Below, in pieces: positions 54,632-64,000 of a stretch of DNA of 64,000 bases (position 1 is its first letter; every line of letters begins with the position of its first letter). The notes under the pieces are model-generated. The model saw nothing but the letters and a program-made list of their open reading frames with translations, did not search any database and had not been told where the DNA came from. The DNA comes from Bryobacterales bacterium (GTDB lineage Bacteria > Acidobacteriota > Terriglobia > Bryobacterales > UBA6623), in assembly GCA_028819255.1 (NCBI GenBank), contig JAPPMB010000116.1, forward strand, positions 34,810 to 98,809. Reading direction: 5' to 3'. A program made the position numbers and the translations under genes.

Positions 54632-57595
54632 ATGCGTATTGCCATGTACCTCCGATCGCTCGCGTTCATCGTCATAGCCGCGCTCGCCACGCCCATGGCC
54701 TGGAGCCAGTCCTCCACCCAGACCACCCTCCGCAACCCGCCCGATGGGGCAACTCACGCCCTGCTGGTGACGTTCGGAGTCGGTGACAGGAGCGAAACCG
54801 GGTGGAACGGGAGCCTCGAGGTCCGGGACGGCGCGCTGGTCGAGCTGATCGGCTACGAAATGGGGCTGGGCGACGTGATCCACCCGCCGAGGCGGTGGGA
54901 AATGTCGACGCGTCCGGCTTTTGCGTTCAACCGGAGGAACCACGACGAGGACATCCTCGTGGACCTGCCTGCCGACGCCTCCTACCTCACGCCGAGATTC
55001 TATGTGTACCTCAAGGGCTCAGACACCACCGAGATCGCGTTCAGGACGGAGCAGGGAGACTTCGCCGTTCGGATTGCAGACGTTCCACAGGTCGGCGGCG
55101 CAGCGTTCCTGGACGGCCGGGCGAGCGTCGCGCGTGCGCCGATAGCCATGCTGATTGGACGAGGGGGCTCGGGGCGGCCCGACGAACGGCTCACGGACAA
55201 CGATTTCGCCTCGCTGGCGATCGCTTCCGACGACACGATCTGGGTCGCCTACAGCGGATTCGGCGGAGACTCCGACCGCGTCTACGCGGACCGCGTCCTG
55301 CCCGGACAGTCGACAGGGCGGAGAAGGCGGCCACACGCGGTCAGCCGCGATGGCGGCGATGTCTACCGCACCGCGGTCGCCGAAGACGGCGAAGGCAAGA
55401 TCTGGGTCGTCTGGTCAGAGCAGGTCGAAGGGAACTGGGACCTGCGGGCCCGCGCGTTCGACGGGGAGGGATGGGGCCGGATCGTGAGGCTAACGTCAGC
55501 GTCGCAGCCCGACGTCCATCACAAGGTCGCCCAAGACCCCTCGGGCAGGATCCACCTCGTCTGGCAGGGAGCCCGCGGAAACCGGTTCGGGATCTTCCAC
55601 ATGAGCTACGACCCAGCTGCGGGCTGGAGCGAGCCGGAGCGGGTGAGCGCCGCGAATGCGGGCAACGCCTGGGAGCCCTCGGTCGCCACCGACAGCAACG
55701 GGACGGTCTACGTGGCATGGGACCAGTACGCCGAGGCTACGGGATACGACGTGTACATGTCGAGGAAGGCCGGCGCGTCCTGGGACGCCCCCCGAGCCAT
55801 CGCCCGGACGGGCCGGTTCGAGGCCTACGCCACGCTGGCGGCCGACAGGCAGGACCGGGTCTGGATCGCATGGCACGAGTCGGGCATCAATTGGGGAAAA
55901 GACTGGGGCTATCCGTTTGACATCCAGGCGAACGCGACCGGACTCTACAATTCACGCAACATCCGCATGGCGGTCTACGACCGCGGCCAGCTGCGGATGC
56001 CGGCCAAGAGCCTCGACTCCTCCCTGCCCGACCCGGGGCCGGGCAACAACTTCTACGAATACCCGCAGCTGGCGGTAGACGGGGCCAACCGGGTCTGGGC
56101 GCTGTTCCGCCACCGTCGTCCCATGCAGCACAACGTGTACTGGCGCACCCCCTCGCATCACGCGCTGTGGGAGATCCAGGCCAGCTACTACGATGGCGAG
56201 AAGTGGTCGTCTCCGGTGCTCCTGCCGTACTCGACGGGCCGGAACGACATGCGCGTGGAGGCCGGGAGCGATGCGGCCGGAAAGCTGGTGGCCGCCTATC
56301 CCACTGACAGGCGCAGCTTCCGGGATTTCGTCAACATCATGCTTGACGTCTTCGTTTCCCGTCTGCCCTCCCCCGAGGGCTCGGCAGTCTCCCACAATCT
56401 GGTCCCGTTCAGTCTGCCGCCCGTCGAGGCGGCCCGGCAGCCTCCGAACCGGCCCCGGCGCGAGATGGCCGCCAGCGAGCCGGTTCATCCGAACGACGCC
56501 GAGGACGTGGCGCGGATCCGGGACTATGTCTACGACCTTGGAGACAGGCGCTACAAGATCTACCGCGGCGACATGCACCGCCACACCGAGATCTCGTGGG
56601 ACGGCTACAACGACGGGTCCACAGAGGACACCTACCGATACGCGATCGACTCTGCAGCGCTCGACTTCCTAGCGATCACAGAACACAATTTCGGCGTTGC
56701 AGACGAGTACGACTGGTTTCGCAGCCAGAAATACGCGGACATTTTCCGAGTCGGGCAGGCCTTCGTTCCGCTCTTCGCGTACGAACGATCCATCAGGTAT
56801 CCGAACGGCCATCGCAACGTCGTGTTCCCGTACCGCGGCGCACCGATCCTGGACTACCAGCACTACGAATGGTCGACCGGCGCGAGCTACGCCCGCCAGG
56901 GTCCAGAGCGATTCTTCGCCTATCTGCGCAAGTACAAGGGAATCGCGATGGCCCACACCTCGGGAACCGACATGGGGACGGACTGGGCGGACTACGACCC
57001 CGAGGTGGAGCCGATCGTCGAGATCTACCAGAGCGACCGCAACAGCTACGAGTGCGAAGGCTGTTGGCGGTCCGCTCCCGGGGACGAGCCGAGGAAGCAG
57101 TTCGGTGGGTACCGTCCCGACGGGATGGTGTCTGTGGCGTGGGAGAAGGGCTATCGGCTCGGCGTCCAGGCGAGTTCGGACCACCTTGCCACGCACACCT
57201 CGTACTCCATGCTGCTGGCCGAGGAAAACTCGCGACACGGGCTGGTCGGCGCGATCCGGGCCCGCCGCACGTACGGCGCAACCGACAACATCATCGTCGA
57301 CTTCCGCCTGGAGGCAGCCGGTCGGCAGCACATGATGGGCGAGGAAGTGGCAATCGCCGGAACCCCGACCTTCCGCATCCATATCGAGGGCACGGACAAC
57401 GTCGGCGAAGTGGAAATCGTCAAGAACAACACCCGCGTCTACCGGCAGACACCCGGCACCAAGATCGTCGACTTCGAGTATCAAGACGGCGAGGCGCCAG
57501 GAGAGGAAGCAGACTTCTACTACGTGCGGGTCCGGCAGTCCGACCGCGACAGACAGGTCGCGTGGGGCTCGCCCATCTGGGTCACTGCGAAGTGA
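54632..57595 (+). CDS. Large secreted protein: six-repeat beta-propeller-like N-region + PHP/CehA-McbA-type metallohydrolase C-region
   Basis: 987 aa with a signal peptide. Six spaced repeats of a hydrophobic-W motif are present (TIWVAYSG, KIWVVWSE, RIHLVWQG, TVYVAWDQ, RVWIAWHE, RVWALFRH). The C-region has GDMHRHTEISWDG and LAITEHN, which are PHP-like metal motifs. Confidence 0.7.
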   Translation: MRIAMYLRSLAFIVIAALATPMAWSQSSTQTTLRNPPDGATHALLVTFGVGDRSETGWNGSLEVRDGALVELIGYEMGLGDVIHPPRRWEMSTRPAFAFNRRNHDEDILVDLPADASYLTPRFYVYLKGSDTTEIAFRTEQGDFAVRIADVPQVGGAAFLDGRASVARAPIAMLIGRGGSGRPDERLTDNDFASLAIASDDTIWVAYSGFGGDSDRVYADRVLPGQSTGRRRRPHAVSRDGGDVYRTAVAEDGEGKIWVVWSEQVEGNWDLRARAFDGEGWGRIVRLTSASQPDVHHKVAQDPSGRIHLVWQGARGNRFGIFHMSYDPAAGWSEPERVSAANAGNAWEPSVATDSNGTVYVAWDQYAEATGYDVYMSRKAGASWDAPRAIARTGRFEAYATLAADRQDRVWIAWHESGINWGKDWGYPFDIQANATGLYNSRNIRMAVYDRGQLRMPAKSLDSSLPDPGPGNNFYEYPQLAVDGANRVWALFRHRRPMQHNVYWRTPSHHALWEIQASYYDGEKWSSPVLLPYSTGRNDMRVEAGSDAAGKLVAAYPTDRRSFRDFVNIMLDVFVSRLPSPEGSAVSHNLVPFSLPPVEAARQPPNRPRREMAASEPVHPNDAEDVARIRDYVYDLGDRRYKIYRGDMHRHTEISWDGYNDGSTEDTYRYAIDSAALDFLAITEHNFGVADEYDWFRSQKYADIFRVGQAFVPLFAYERSIRYPNGHRNVVFPYRGAPILDYQHYEWSTGASYARQGPERFFAYLRKYKGIAMAHTSGTDMGTDWADYDPEVEPIVEIYQSDRNSYECEGCWRSAPGDEPRKQFGGYRPDGMVSVAWEKGYRLGVQASSDHLATHTSYSMLLAEENSRHGLVGAIRARRTYGATDNIIVDFRLEAAGRQHMMGEEVAIAGTPTFRIHIEGTDNVGEVEIVKNNTRVYRQTPGTKIVDFEYQDGEAPGEEADFYYVRVRQSDRDRQVAWGSPIWVTAK

Positions 57596-57710
57596 ACCCT
57601 GCTGGGCCGAGAATTGCCAGCCGGCTTCGTGCGTGCCACCGGGCATTCGGTGCACCCGCAGGCCCATACCCACGAACGAGGGAAATGCTTGACGCCTAAC
57701 TCGGAACCTG

Positions 57711-58151
57711 ATGGCTGACGTCTTCGACACTGCAAAACGAAGCGAGATCATGTCGCGCATCCGCGGGCGCGACACCAAGCCCGAACTGCTCGTGCGACGG
57801 ATCGCCCACGGACTCGGATTCCGTTTCAGGCTGCACCGGAGGGACCTTCCCGGCTGTCCGGACATCGTATTTCCCAAGTATCGAGCCGTGATCCAGGTGC
57901 ACGGGTGCTTCTGGCATCGACATCCCAACTGTCGCTTCGCCTCCAGCCCCAAGACGCGAACCGAGTACTGGACGAAGAAGTTCGAAGGGAACGTTCTCAG
58001 GGACAGGCGAAACGAACTGGCGCTCACCGATCTGGGCTGGAGGACGATGGTGATCTGGGAATGCGAAACGAAAGACACCAAGGCCGTGGCAGCACGCATT
58101 GAGTCGTTCCTGAGGGAGAAGGAGTCGGATTCGGACGAATCGACGGCGTAA
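57711..58151 (+). CDS. vsr: Very-short-patch repair endonuclease
   Basis: 146 aa with RSEIMSRIRGRDTKPELLVRR...GFRFRLHRRDLPGCPDIVFPKYRAVIQVHGCFWHRH...YWTKKFEGNVLRD. Confidence 0.9.
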   Translation: MADVFDTAKRSEIMSRIRGRDTKPELLVRRIAHGLGFRFRLHRRDLPGCPDIVFPKYRAVIQVHGCFWHRHPNCRFASSPKTRTEYWTKKFEGNVLRDRRNELALTDLGWRTMVIWECETKDTKAVAARIESFLREKESDSDESTA

Positions 58152-58207
58152 GCCGCACAGACTTCACCCGTCCGCTGCGGGCGGTTCTCGCCGGCACTTC
58201 CGCCGCC

Positions 58208-58537
58208 TTGAGAGATTGCGTGCCAGAAGGCATCTCGGTCGGGACGCGAGTTGCCATATTGGGAACTCCGACATCCGGTGGCGTGGGGAAGCCTCGTTGC
58301 GTTCACCAAACCGGGAGCTGCGTTGAGCCGCTCATTGGGAATGTTGGGTGCGACGCTGGGCCAAGCGTCAATGCCATTGACAAGACAGTCTCGGGGGCGT
58401 ACCTGCAGGTCGTGCCTGACGCGACCCGACAATCGCCGGTCGCACTAATCCGGCAGGTTCCGGCTCGGCATTCTCTCGGCGGATCCAGTGCTCCGCATCG
58501 TTCCCAAGCTCTCAATCCTAGGGTCGAAGGCAGCTCA
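58208..58537 (-). pseudogene. Possible relic of a C5 cytosine methyltransferase C-terminus
   Basis: The minus frame reads ...ALDPPRECRAGT...LQVRPRDCLVNGIDAW...(42 aa)...SQYGNSRPDRDAFWHAIS. This resembles the Dcm tail (L-T-P-R-E-C-x-R-L-Q-G-F-P-D ... Q-x-G-N-S-V-P). There is no start and no proper stop, and only ~110 codons fit between the AKR gene and vsr. Matched by eye only. Confidence 0.3.
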
Positions 58538-58579
58538 TGTCAGAGACGGCTCGTCAATGTTCTTCGCCGAAGCTTGCCG

Positions 58580-59590
58580 CTACACCGCGAAGCCGTGTTG
58601 TTTGCGGTGATGTGGTCCGTCAAAGTCCTGAGTGGACTTGAAACGTTCATACCTGCCGTCGCCGGCAACGTCAGCCACCTTGCTGAGCAGGACGGCCTTG
58701 GAAGCGTCGGACATCGGCTTGAAGTCACGAGCGGTCGCGACCACCCCGTGCAGGTCCTCCATGGACATGATGCCGACCACGAGCGTGGAAACCGGCAGGC
58801 TCAGGGCGAAGCGATGGCACTCTACGGCGGTGACAGACGTGTTTGTCGGGATCTCTCCCCGCGGTCCGCCGCCGCCAAGGCTCTTCATGCCGACAACGCC
58901 CACATCGCGGGCCAGGCAGACGGGGATGGCCTCCCTCTGGAAGCTGCGGTAGTGCGCATCCAGAACGTTGACCGGCATCTGGGCGGTTGCCCAGTCGTAC
59001 GGCTTGTTGAGCATCTTGATGTGGATGCTGGGATCCTTGTGTCCCGTGAAGCCGATATGGCGGACCTTGCCCGCCTTCTGGGCCTCGAGAGCCGCCTTGA
59101 GGCCGCCCTTCTCGAAGACCCAGTCGGGGTCCGAGTCATAGACCATCTCGTGGAACTGCCAGAGATCGATCCGGTCGGTCTTCATGCGCCGGAGGCTGTC
59201 TTCAAGGTTGCTCATGGAGCCCTTGTAGTCGCGCTCGCAGTTCTTGGTCATGAGGAAGACCTTGTCCCGCTTGCCGCCCTCGGCGAGCGCACGGCCCATG
59301 ATCTCCTCGGATCCTCCGTCGTGATAGTCCCATGCATTGTCGAAGAAGGTCATGCCCTCATCGATCGCGGCGTGCATGATCTTGATCGCCTCTTTCTGAT
59401 CGGGCACGGCGCCGATGTGCCAGCCGCCGAGACAGAGGATCGAGACCTGCTCGTTGGTCCGTCCGAGCCGGCGGGTGGGCAGTCCGTTCGGGGAGTCCTG
59501 CTGGGCGAGCGCCTGCTGAGCCATGGCGACTGCGGCGGCACTTCCGAACATGCCTTGGAAAAACGAGCGGCGGGTTGCGTCAAGCGGCAT
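58580..59590 (-). CDS. Aldo/keto reductase with Tat signal
   Basis: Trimmed to MPLDATRRSFFQGMFGSAAAVAMA (cat at 59588-59590, ggagg 7-8 nt upstream). AKR blocks are LGRTNEQVSILCLGGWHIG, FFDNAWDYHDG and IGFTGH. Confidence 0.88.
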   Translation of the reverse strand: MPLDATRRSFFQGMFGSAAAVAMAQQALAQQDSPNGLPTRRLGRTNEQVSILCLGGWHIGAVPDQKEAIKIMHAAIDEGMTFFDNAWDYHDGGSEEIMGRALAEGGKRDKVFLMTKNCERDYKGSMSNLEDSLRRMKTDRIDLWQFHEMVYDSDPDWVFEKGGLKAALEAQKAGKVRHIGFTGHKDPSIHIKMLNKPYDWATAQMPVNVLDAHYRSFQREAIPVCLARDVGVVGMKSLGGGGPRGEIPTNTSVTAVECHRFALSLPVSTLVVGIMSMEDLHGVVATARDFKPMSDASKAVLLSKVADVAGDGRYERFKSTQDFDGPHHRKQHGFAV

Positions 59591-59844
59591 TTTGGTCCCT
59601 CCTCTGAGGTGCATATGGCAGCCCCATGTTACAGGATCGCTGCCCTCCTGCCGGGCGCACGGCTTCGGCACCCTCCCTGTTTCCGCATCGGCGGTCGAAC
59701 ACTGACGCCGAAGGCGGGGGGACGGGCTATCAGTCAGCGCAAGGTGCCGTGGCGTTGCGCCTCTTCGCCTGGCGGTGCTCTAATCCACTTGATGAGACTG
59801 TTCCGTCCACGCTCCATTCATCCGTCAGGAACGAGGCAGATCCA

Positions 59845-61488
59845 GTGAAGGTGTCCCGCGCGATTGCGAAGATGCTCAAACAGGAAGGGGTGGACCGCCT
59901 CTTCGCCTATCCGGTCAATCCGGTCATCGAGGGCTGCGCCGAAGAGGACATCCGCACCGTCATCGTCCGTCAGGAGCGCACCGGTCTTCACATGGCCGAC
60001 GCCGTCGGGAGGCTCAGTTCCGGGCGCAAGGTCGGCGTCTTCGCGATGCAACACGGCCCGGGAACGGAAAACGCCTTCGGCGGCGTCGCCCAGGCGTATG
60101 GCGAGTCAGTCCCGATGGTCATTCTGCCCGCCGGCTATTCCCGCGGCCAGACGAATGTCCGGCCCAACTTCAGTTCGCTGGTGAACTTTCAGAGCGTGAC
60201 CAAGTCGGTCGAACAGGTCACGCTCGCCGCGGAAGTGCCGAACGCTCTCCGCAGGGCCTTCACGCAGGCGAAGAACGGGCGTCCCGGACCCTGCATGGTT
60301 GAGATCCCGTGGGACCTGTTCGGCGAGGACTACCCAGGAGGGCCGGACTACCGTCCGTCGATCCGGACGAGAAGCGCCCCGGACCCCGATGCCGTCAGGG
60401 AGGCGGCAAGAATCCTGGTGGACGCGAAGCTGCCGGTAATCTACTCCGGCCAAGGCGTCCACTATGCAATGGCATGGAAGGAGCTGCGCGAACTGGTTGA
60501 CCTTCTCGAGGCGCCGATCACGACCAGCATCGAGGGCAAGAGCTCGATTCCGGAAACCCATCCCCTGTCACTGCAATCCGGCGGTCGGTCCTATTCGCAG
60601 CAGATGGACGAGTTCCTGCTTCGCGCCGACGTCGTGTTCGGCATCGGCACGAGCTTCACGCGGACCGCGTTCGGCATTCCCTGGGCAAGGTATACGGACG
60701 ACACGACCATCATCCAGTCCACGATCGACACAGCGGACCTGCACAAGGATGTGCCGATCGACCTTGGTCTGGTCGGCGACGCACAGCTGACACTCGCCGC
60801 CATTGTCGAAGAGGTTCGCCGCATGATCGGGAAGCCTCGTGGCCGTGCTGCCGGGCTTGCGTCCGAGATCGCCGCGGTCAACGGGCGATGGCGCGCTGTC
60901 TGGGACAGGAAGCTCGACTCCTCGGCGGTTCCCATCAACCCGTACCGAGTCGTCCGGGACCTGCTCCGGACCGTCGATCCGGTGAACACAATCATCACGC
61001 ACGACGCCGGAAGCCCGAGAGACCAGCTCACACCATTCTGGGAATCGGAGGTGCCCCTGAGCTATGTCGGATGGGGAAAGACCACGCAGCTGGGATACGG
61101 GCTCGGCCTCGCCATGGGGGCGAAGCTGGAGCATCCGGACAAGCTCTGCATCAACTGGTGGGGGGACGCGGCGATCGGCTTCACGGGGATGGACTTTGAA
61201 ACGGCGGTCCGCGAGCGAATTCCGATTCTGTCGGTGCTGTCCAACAACTTCTCGATGGCAATCGAGATCCCCATCATGAGGACGGCGACCGAGAAGTACG
61301 GCAGTACCGACATCTCGGGCAACTATGCCGAGTTCGCGAGAGCGCTCGGCGGGTACGGCGAACGGATTACCGATCCATCGGAAATCGTGCCCGCGATCCG
61401 GCGCGGAATCGCCAAGACGAAGGAAGGCGTCCCAACCTTGCTGGAGTTCATCACCTCCAAGGAGCAGGAGATCTCCCGATTCGGCTAG
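59845..61488 (+). CDS. Thiamine-diphosphate-dependent enzyme (acetolactate synthase large-subunit-like)
   Basis: GTG at 59845 within ORF 59626..61488. Contains VSRAIAKMLKQEGVDRLFAYPVNP..., QHGPGTENAFGGVAQAYGESVPMVILP and the TPP-binding GDAAIGFTGMDFETAVRERIPILSVLSNN. Confidence 0.85.
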   Translation: MKVSRAIAKMLKQEGVDRLFAYPVNPVIEGCAEEDIRTVIVRQERTGLHMADAVGRLSSGRKVGVFAMQHGPGTENAFGGVAQAYGESVPMVILPAGYSRGQTNVRPNFSSLVNFQSVTKSVEQVTLAAEVPNALRRAFTQAKNGRPGPCMVEIPWDLFGEDYPGGPDYRPSIRTRSAPDPDAVREAARILVDAKLPVIYSGQGVHYAMAWKELRELVDLLEAPITTSIEGKSSIPETHPLSLQSGGRSYSQQMDEFLLRADVVFGIGTSFTRTAFGIPWARYTDDTTIIQSTIDTADLHKDVPIDLGLVGDAQLTLAAIVEEVRRMIGKPRGRAAGLASEIAAVNGRWRAVWDRKLDSSAVPINPYRVVRDLLRTVDPVNTIITHDAGSPRDQLTPFWESEVPLSYVGWGKTTQLGYGLGLAMGAKLEHPDKLCINWWGDAAIGFTGMDFETAVRERIPILSVLSNNFSMAIEIPIMRTATEKYGSTDISGNYAEFARALGGYGERITDPSEIVPAIRRGIAKTKEGVPTLLEFITSKEQEISRFG

Positions 61489-61590
61489 AAGCCATCCCGG
61501 CAGACAGGATTCGCCGCCGCACGCGGCCGGCAGACGAACGCTCAAGGCTCCCGGCAAGACCCGGCCCCGAGGACCGGACGGGTTCGGACA

Positions 61591-63192
61591 CTACGGAGCA
61601 GCGTTGCCCTGCCGGGCCACCTGCAGCTGGCCAAGCTCTTCGGCCAGCGCCTCCTTCCGCTGAAAGTCCTCGATCGTCTCTTCTGGATTCCAGTACCACG
61701 GATGGTCGACGTGCTCCCGCTCCATGACCGTCTCGATCGTCGCAACGACCTGTGGGTAGATGCCGGAGAGGTCGCGTTCGCAGCCCAGATCCTCCTCAAT
61801 TAGGAACAACTCTAGGGGCTCTCCAGGAGACGGTCGGTACGCCTTCCAAGGTCCCATGCGAACCGCCTGCTCCCCGGCGTTCTCCCAGTACAGCGGCCTG
61901 TCCGATGGGAAGCTCCCCGCGTCGCCGGCCCAGATCGGGACCAGGCTCGAACCGTCGGTCTCCGGCACCGCGAAGGTGCCCCCAAGTTCCGCGAATGTCG
62001 GGAGCAGATCGACGAGCCAGACGGGCACGCTGGATGCGCCGGAGGGAATTTCAGCAGGCCAGTTCACGAAGAACGGGATGCGGATGCCTCCTTCCAGCAG
62101 CGAGAACTTCCCGCCCCGAAACGGTCCCTTGTTTCGAAAGAACGGATCGTCCGGCCAATTGGCGTTCTGGTTTCCCCGCGCGAAGTAACCGCACATCGAG
62201 TATCCGTTGTCCGAGGCGAATACGAGAAGCGTGCGGTCGCGGATTCCAAGGTCGCCGAGGAGGTCAACCAGTTCGCCTGCAAGCGTGTCGATCCTCAGCA
62301 CCATTGAGGCCCATTCCTTGTGGGCTGTCGTCGGGAAGTCGGTGCGGTTGAGGAGCGGGCCCAGGCTGTCGGTCACGACTGGCCCGTGGGGAAGCTGGGT
62401 TGCGAAATAAAGGAAGAACGGCCGGTCCCGGTTGCGGCGCACAAAGTTGATGGCTGCATCCTCAAGCACGTCCTCCGAATAGACCGCCTTCGAGGGCTCT
62501 GCGATGCCGGGCGGAATCAGTCGGCCCGCGCTGTCATAGTGGCGGGCGGAGTCCCTTGAGGCGGGGGGCGTCCGGTTGTCCTCGTACATTTCGAGCATGT
62601 CGAAGCCATTGTTCCCCGGATAGTCGACCTTGCGTCCGTTGCGATAGAGATAGAAGGGGAAGAACGTATGGGCGCGGCGCTGGTCATAGAACCCGAATGC
62701 CTCGTCGAATCCCTGCCTTTCCGGCGTACCCGGAGTCCCGGGCAGTCCGATACCCCACTTCCCGAAGAATCCGGTCGCGTAGCCGGATTGCTTCAGGACC
62801 TCGGCAATCGTGATGTCTGAGTCCAGGAGATGGTCCTGTCCCCGCGCGCTGCGATTGTCGCGAATCGACGCATGCCCCGTGTGCAGGCCTGTCATGAGCG
62901 TGCCTCGGGAGGGTGCGCACTCCGGTGCCCCTGCGTATGCCTGTGTGAAGCGCAGGCCTTCGAGCGCGAGTCGGTCCAGGTTGGGAGTCGAGAATCGGAC
63001 CTGGCCCCAAGAACTCAAGTCGCGATAGCTCAGGTCGTCGGCGAGGATGAGAACGATGTTCGGCCTAGGTGACTGTAGTGGCTGCTGGGCCGTCAGGAAT
63101 CCGGCTGCGAATAAAGTCGCGACAAGCAGCAGCGGGCCGACGCGGCCGAACAATGTCAGCCAGTTGTTCAGTACCCGTTTCTCCCCGATCAC
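61591..63192 (-). CDS. Formylglycine-dependent sulfatase, secreted
   Basis: 533 aa with NIVLILADDLSYRDLSSWG and the C-x-P-x-R signature (PECAPSRGTLMTGLHTGH). Confidence 0.9.
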   Translation of the reverse strand: MIGEKRVLNNWLTLFGRVGPLLLVATLFAAGFLTAQQPLQSPRPNIVLILADDLSYRDLSSWGQVRFSTPNLDRLALEGLRFTQAYAGAPECAPSRGTLMTGLHTGHASIRDNRSARGQDHLLDSDITIAEVLKQSGYATGFFGKWGIGLPGTPGTPERQGFDEAFGFYDQRRAHTFFPFYLYRNGRKVDYPGNNGFDMLEMYEDNRTPPASRDSARHYDSAGRLIPPGIAEPSKAVYSEDVLEDAAINFVRRNRDRPFFLYFATQLPHGPVVTDSLGPLLNRTDFPTTAHKEWASMVLRIDTLAGELVDLLGDLGIRDRTLLVFASDNGYSMCGYFARGNQNANWPDDPFFRNKGPFRGGKFSLLEGGIRIPFFVNWPAEIPSGASSVPVWLVDLLPTFAELGGTFAVPETDGSSLVPIWAGDAGSFPSDRPLYWENAGEQAVRMGPWKAYRPSPGEPLELFLIEEDLGCERDLSGIYPQVVATIETVMEREHVDHPWYWNPEETIEDFQRKEALAEELGQLQVARQGNAAP

Positions 63193-63325
63193 TGTGTGAA
63201 CTTTCGACTCAACCTATCGCGACAGACCTGCTCTCTCACTCTGCGCTGACTCTCTTCGAGCATAGGCTGGGTACCGAGGCCCCGACATACCGACAGTTCC
63301 CTCATCGCGGCGTGGGACTCTGCCC

Positions 63326-64000
63326 TCAGCGATTGAAGATTCTCACCCGGTAGTACGGCTTGCCCTTCTCGGCGGGATCCATCACAAAGGTCTGATGCGT
63401 CAGCATCGGGTCGTAGTCACGCCACAGCCAAGTCATCGCCTCGGGCAGTTCTGCGTCGCCGTACCTGGTGCTGTGCTGGGCGTTGCCGAAGCTGAAGAAG
63501 TAGTCGTACTCCTTCATTTTCAGGGAATTCGCCAGCTGGATGTTCTGCAGCGGCCAGCTGCCGTGGTCGTTCTCGAGGTCGTAGCTCCCGTCCTCCAGCC
63601 AGATCCTGATGTTCTTCCTGTCGCGCTTGCGGATCAGGAACGGCCAGATATTGCCGCCGTCGAGCGGCTCGCACGGGTCCCGGTCGCCAAAGCGGCCCAA
63701 CGGATACTCCCCGAACGGGTTCTTCTGGCCCCAGCGCCATTGAATGCTGGCGTAGCTGCCGATCCGGGACAGGACGCGGCCGAACGCGTGAGGCCGGAAC
63801 CACGCAGAGTTGAGCGAGCAGATGCCGCCGGAGGACTGCCCGCCGATCGCCCGGCTGTAGCCGTCGCTCCGCAGACGGTAGGTCTTGTTCACTTCGGGAA
63901 AGATCTCGTCGACGACCATCTTGTTGTAGTCGTCGTTGAACGTGTCGTAGAGGAGGCTCCTCATGTGGCCGATGGCCCGCGGGGCGTAGCCGCGGCTGTT
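63326..64000 (-). CDS. Esterase-family alpha/beta hydrolase (enterochelin-esterase-like), 5'-partial at the window edge
   Basis: Contains AIGGQSSGGICSLNSAWFRPHAFGRVLSRIGSY (a G-x-S-x-G nucleophile elbow). The frame stays open upstream of the listed Met to position 64000 (...RGYAPRAIGHMRS), so the gene probably starts outside the window. Confidence 0.65.
   Translation of the reverse strand, partial: NSRGYAPRAIGHMRSLLYDTFNDDYNKMVVDEIFPEVNKTYRLRSDGYSRAIGGQSSGGICSLNSAWFRPHAFGRVLSRIGSYASIQWRWGQKNPFGEYPLGRFGDRDPCEPLDGGNIWPFLIRKRDRKNIRIWLEDGSYDLENDHGSWPLQNIQLANSLKMKEYDYFFSFGNAQHSTRYGDAELPEAMTWLWRDYDPMLTHQTFVMDPAEKGKPYYRVRIFNR

Noticed and set aside
1-64000. rRNA, tRNA, tmRNA and CRISPR arrays
   Set aside because: I scanned intergenic regions by eye for T-loop-like GGTTCGAATCC-type motifs and for regularly spaced direct repeats and found none. 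A tRNAscan-SE/Infernal/CRISPR-finder run would be the decisive check.

Overview
High-GC bacterial chromosomal segment (about 65-70% GC in hand-counted core lines). I support about 55 protein genes. I found no rRNA, tRNA or CRISPR array by eye. The gene content includes a PSCyt/DUF1553 + DUF1501 pair, two formylglycine-type sulfatases, several Tat-signal enzymes and PQQ-like beta-propellers. This suggests an Acidobacteriota- or Planctomycetota-type genome, which is inference only. Core genes: guaB; a panB-panC operon with a DUF2520 reductase-like gene; aroK; folD; rsgA; recD2; an SPFH/NfeD pair; an EPS priming glycosyltransferase; and a tightly overlapping gene train (PP2C sensor, K+ channel, nnr, tsaE, ruvA, ruvB, dNK). 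Accessory content: (1) A lower-GC island at about 22.5-30.4 kb holds a doubly inactivated abiEi antitoxin gene. That gene is split by a 4,284-bp IS1595-family unit with perfect 34-bp terminal inverted repeats and an 8-bp target-site duplication. The unit carries about six cargo ORFs of unknown function and a second, internally deleted copy of its own transposase/leader. Conserved stem-loops in the two leader copies are the most novel-looking signal in the window. A stand-alone PD-(D/E)XK nuclease gene sits next to it. (2) A vapBC module whose PIN toxin lacks the first catalytic Asp. (3) A higBA cassette bracketed by 89-bp diverged direct repeats that duplicate the 3' end of a membrane-protein gene. 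(4) An orphan vsr with a possible dcm relic. Many long ORFs in the six-frame track are antisense or out-of-frame high-GC artefacts and were rejected.
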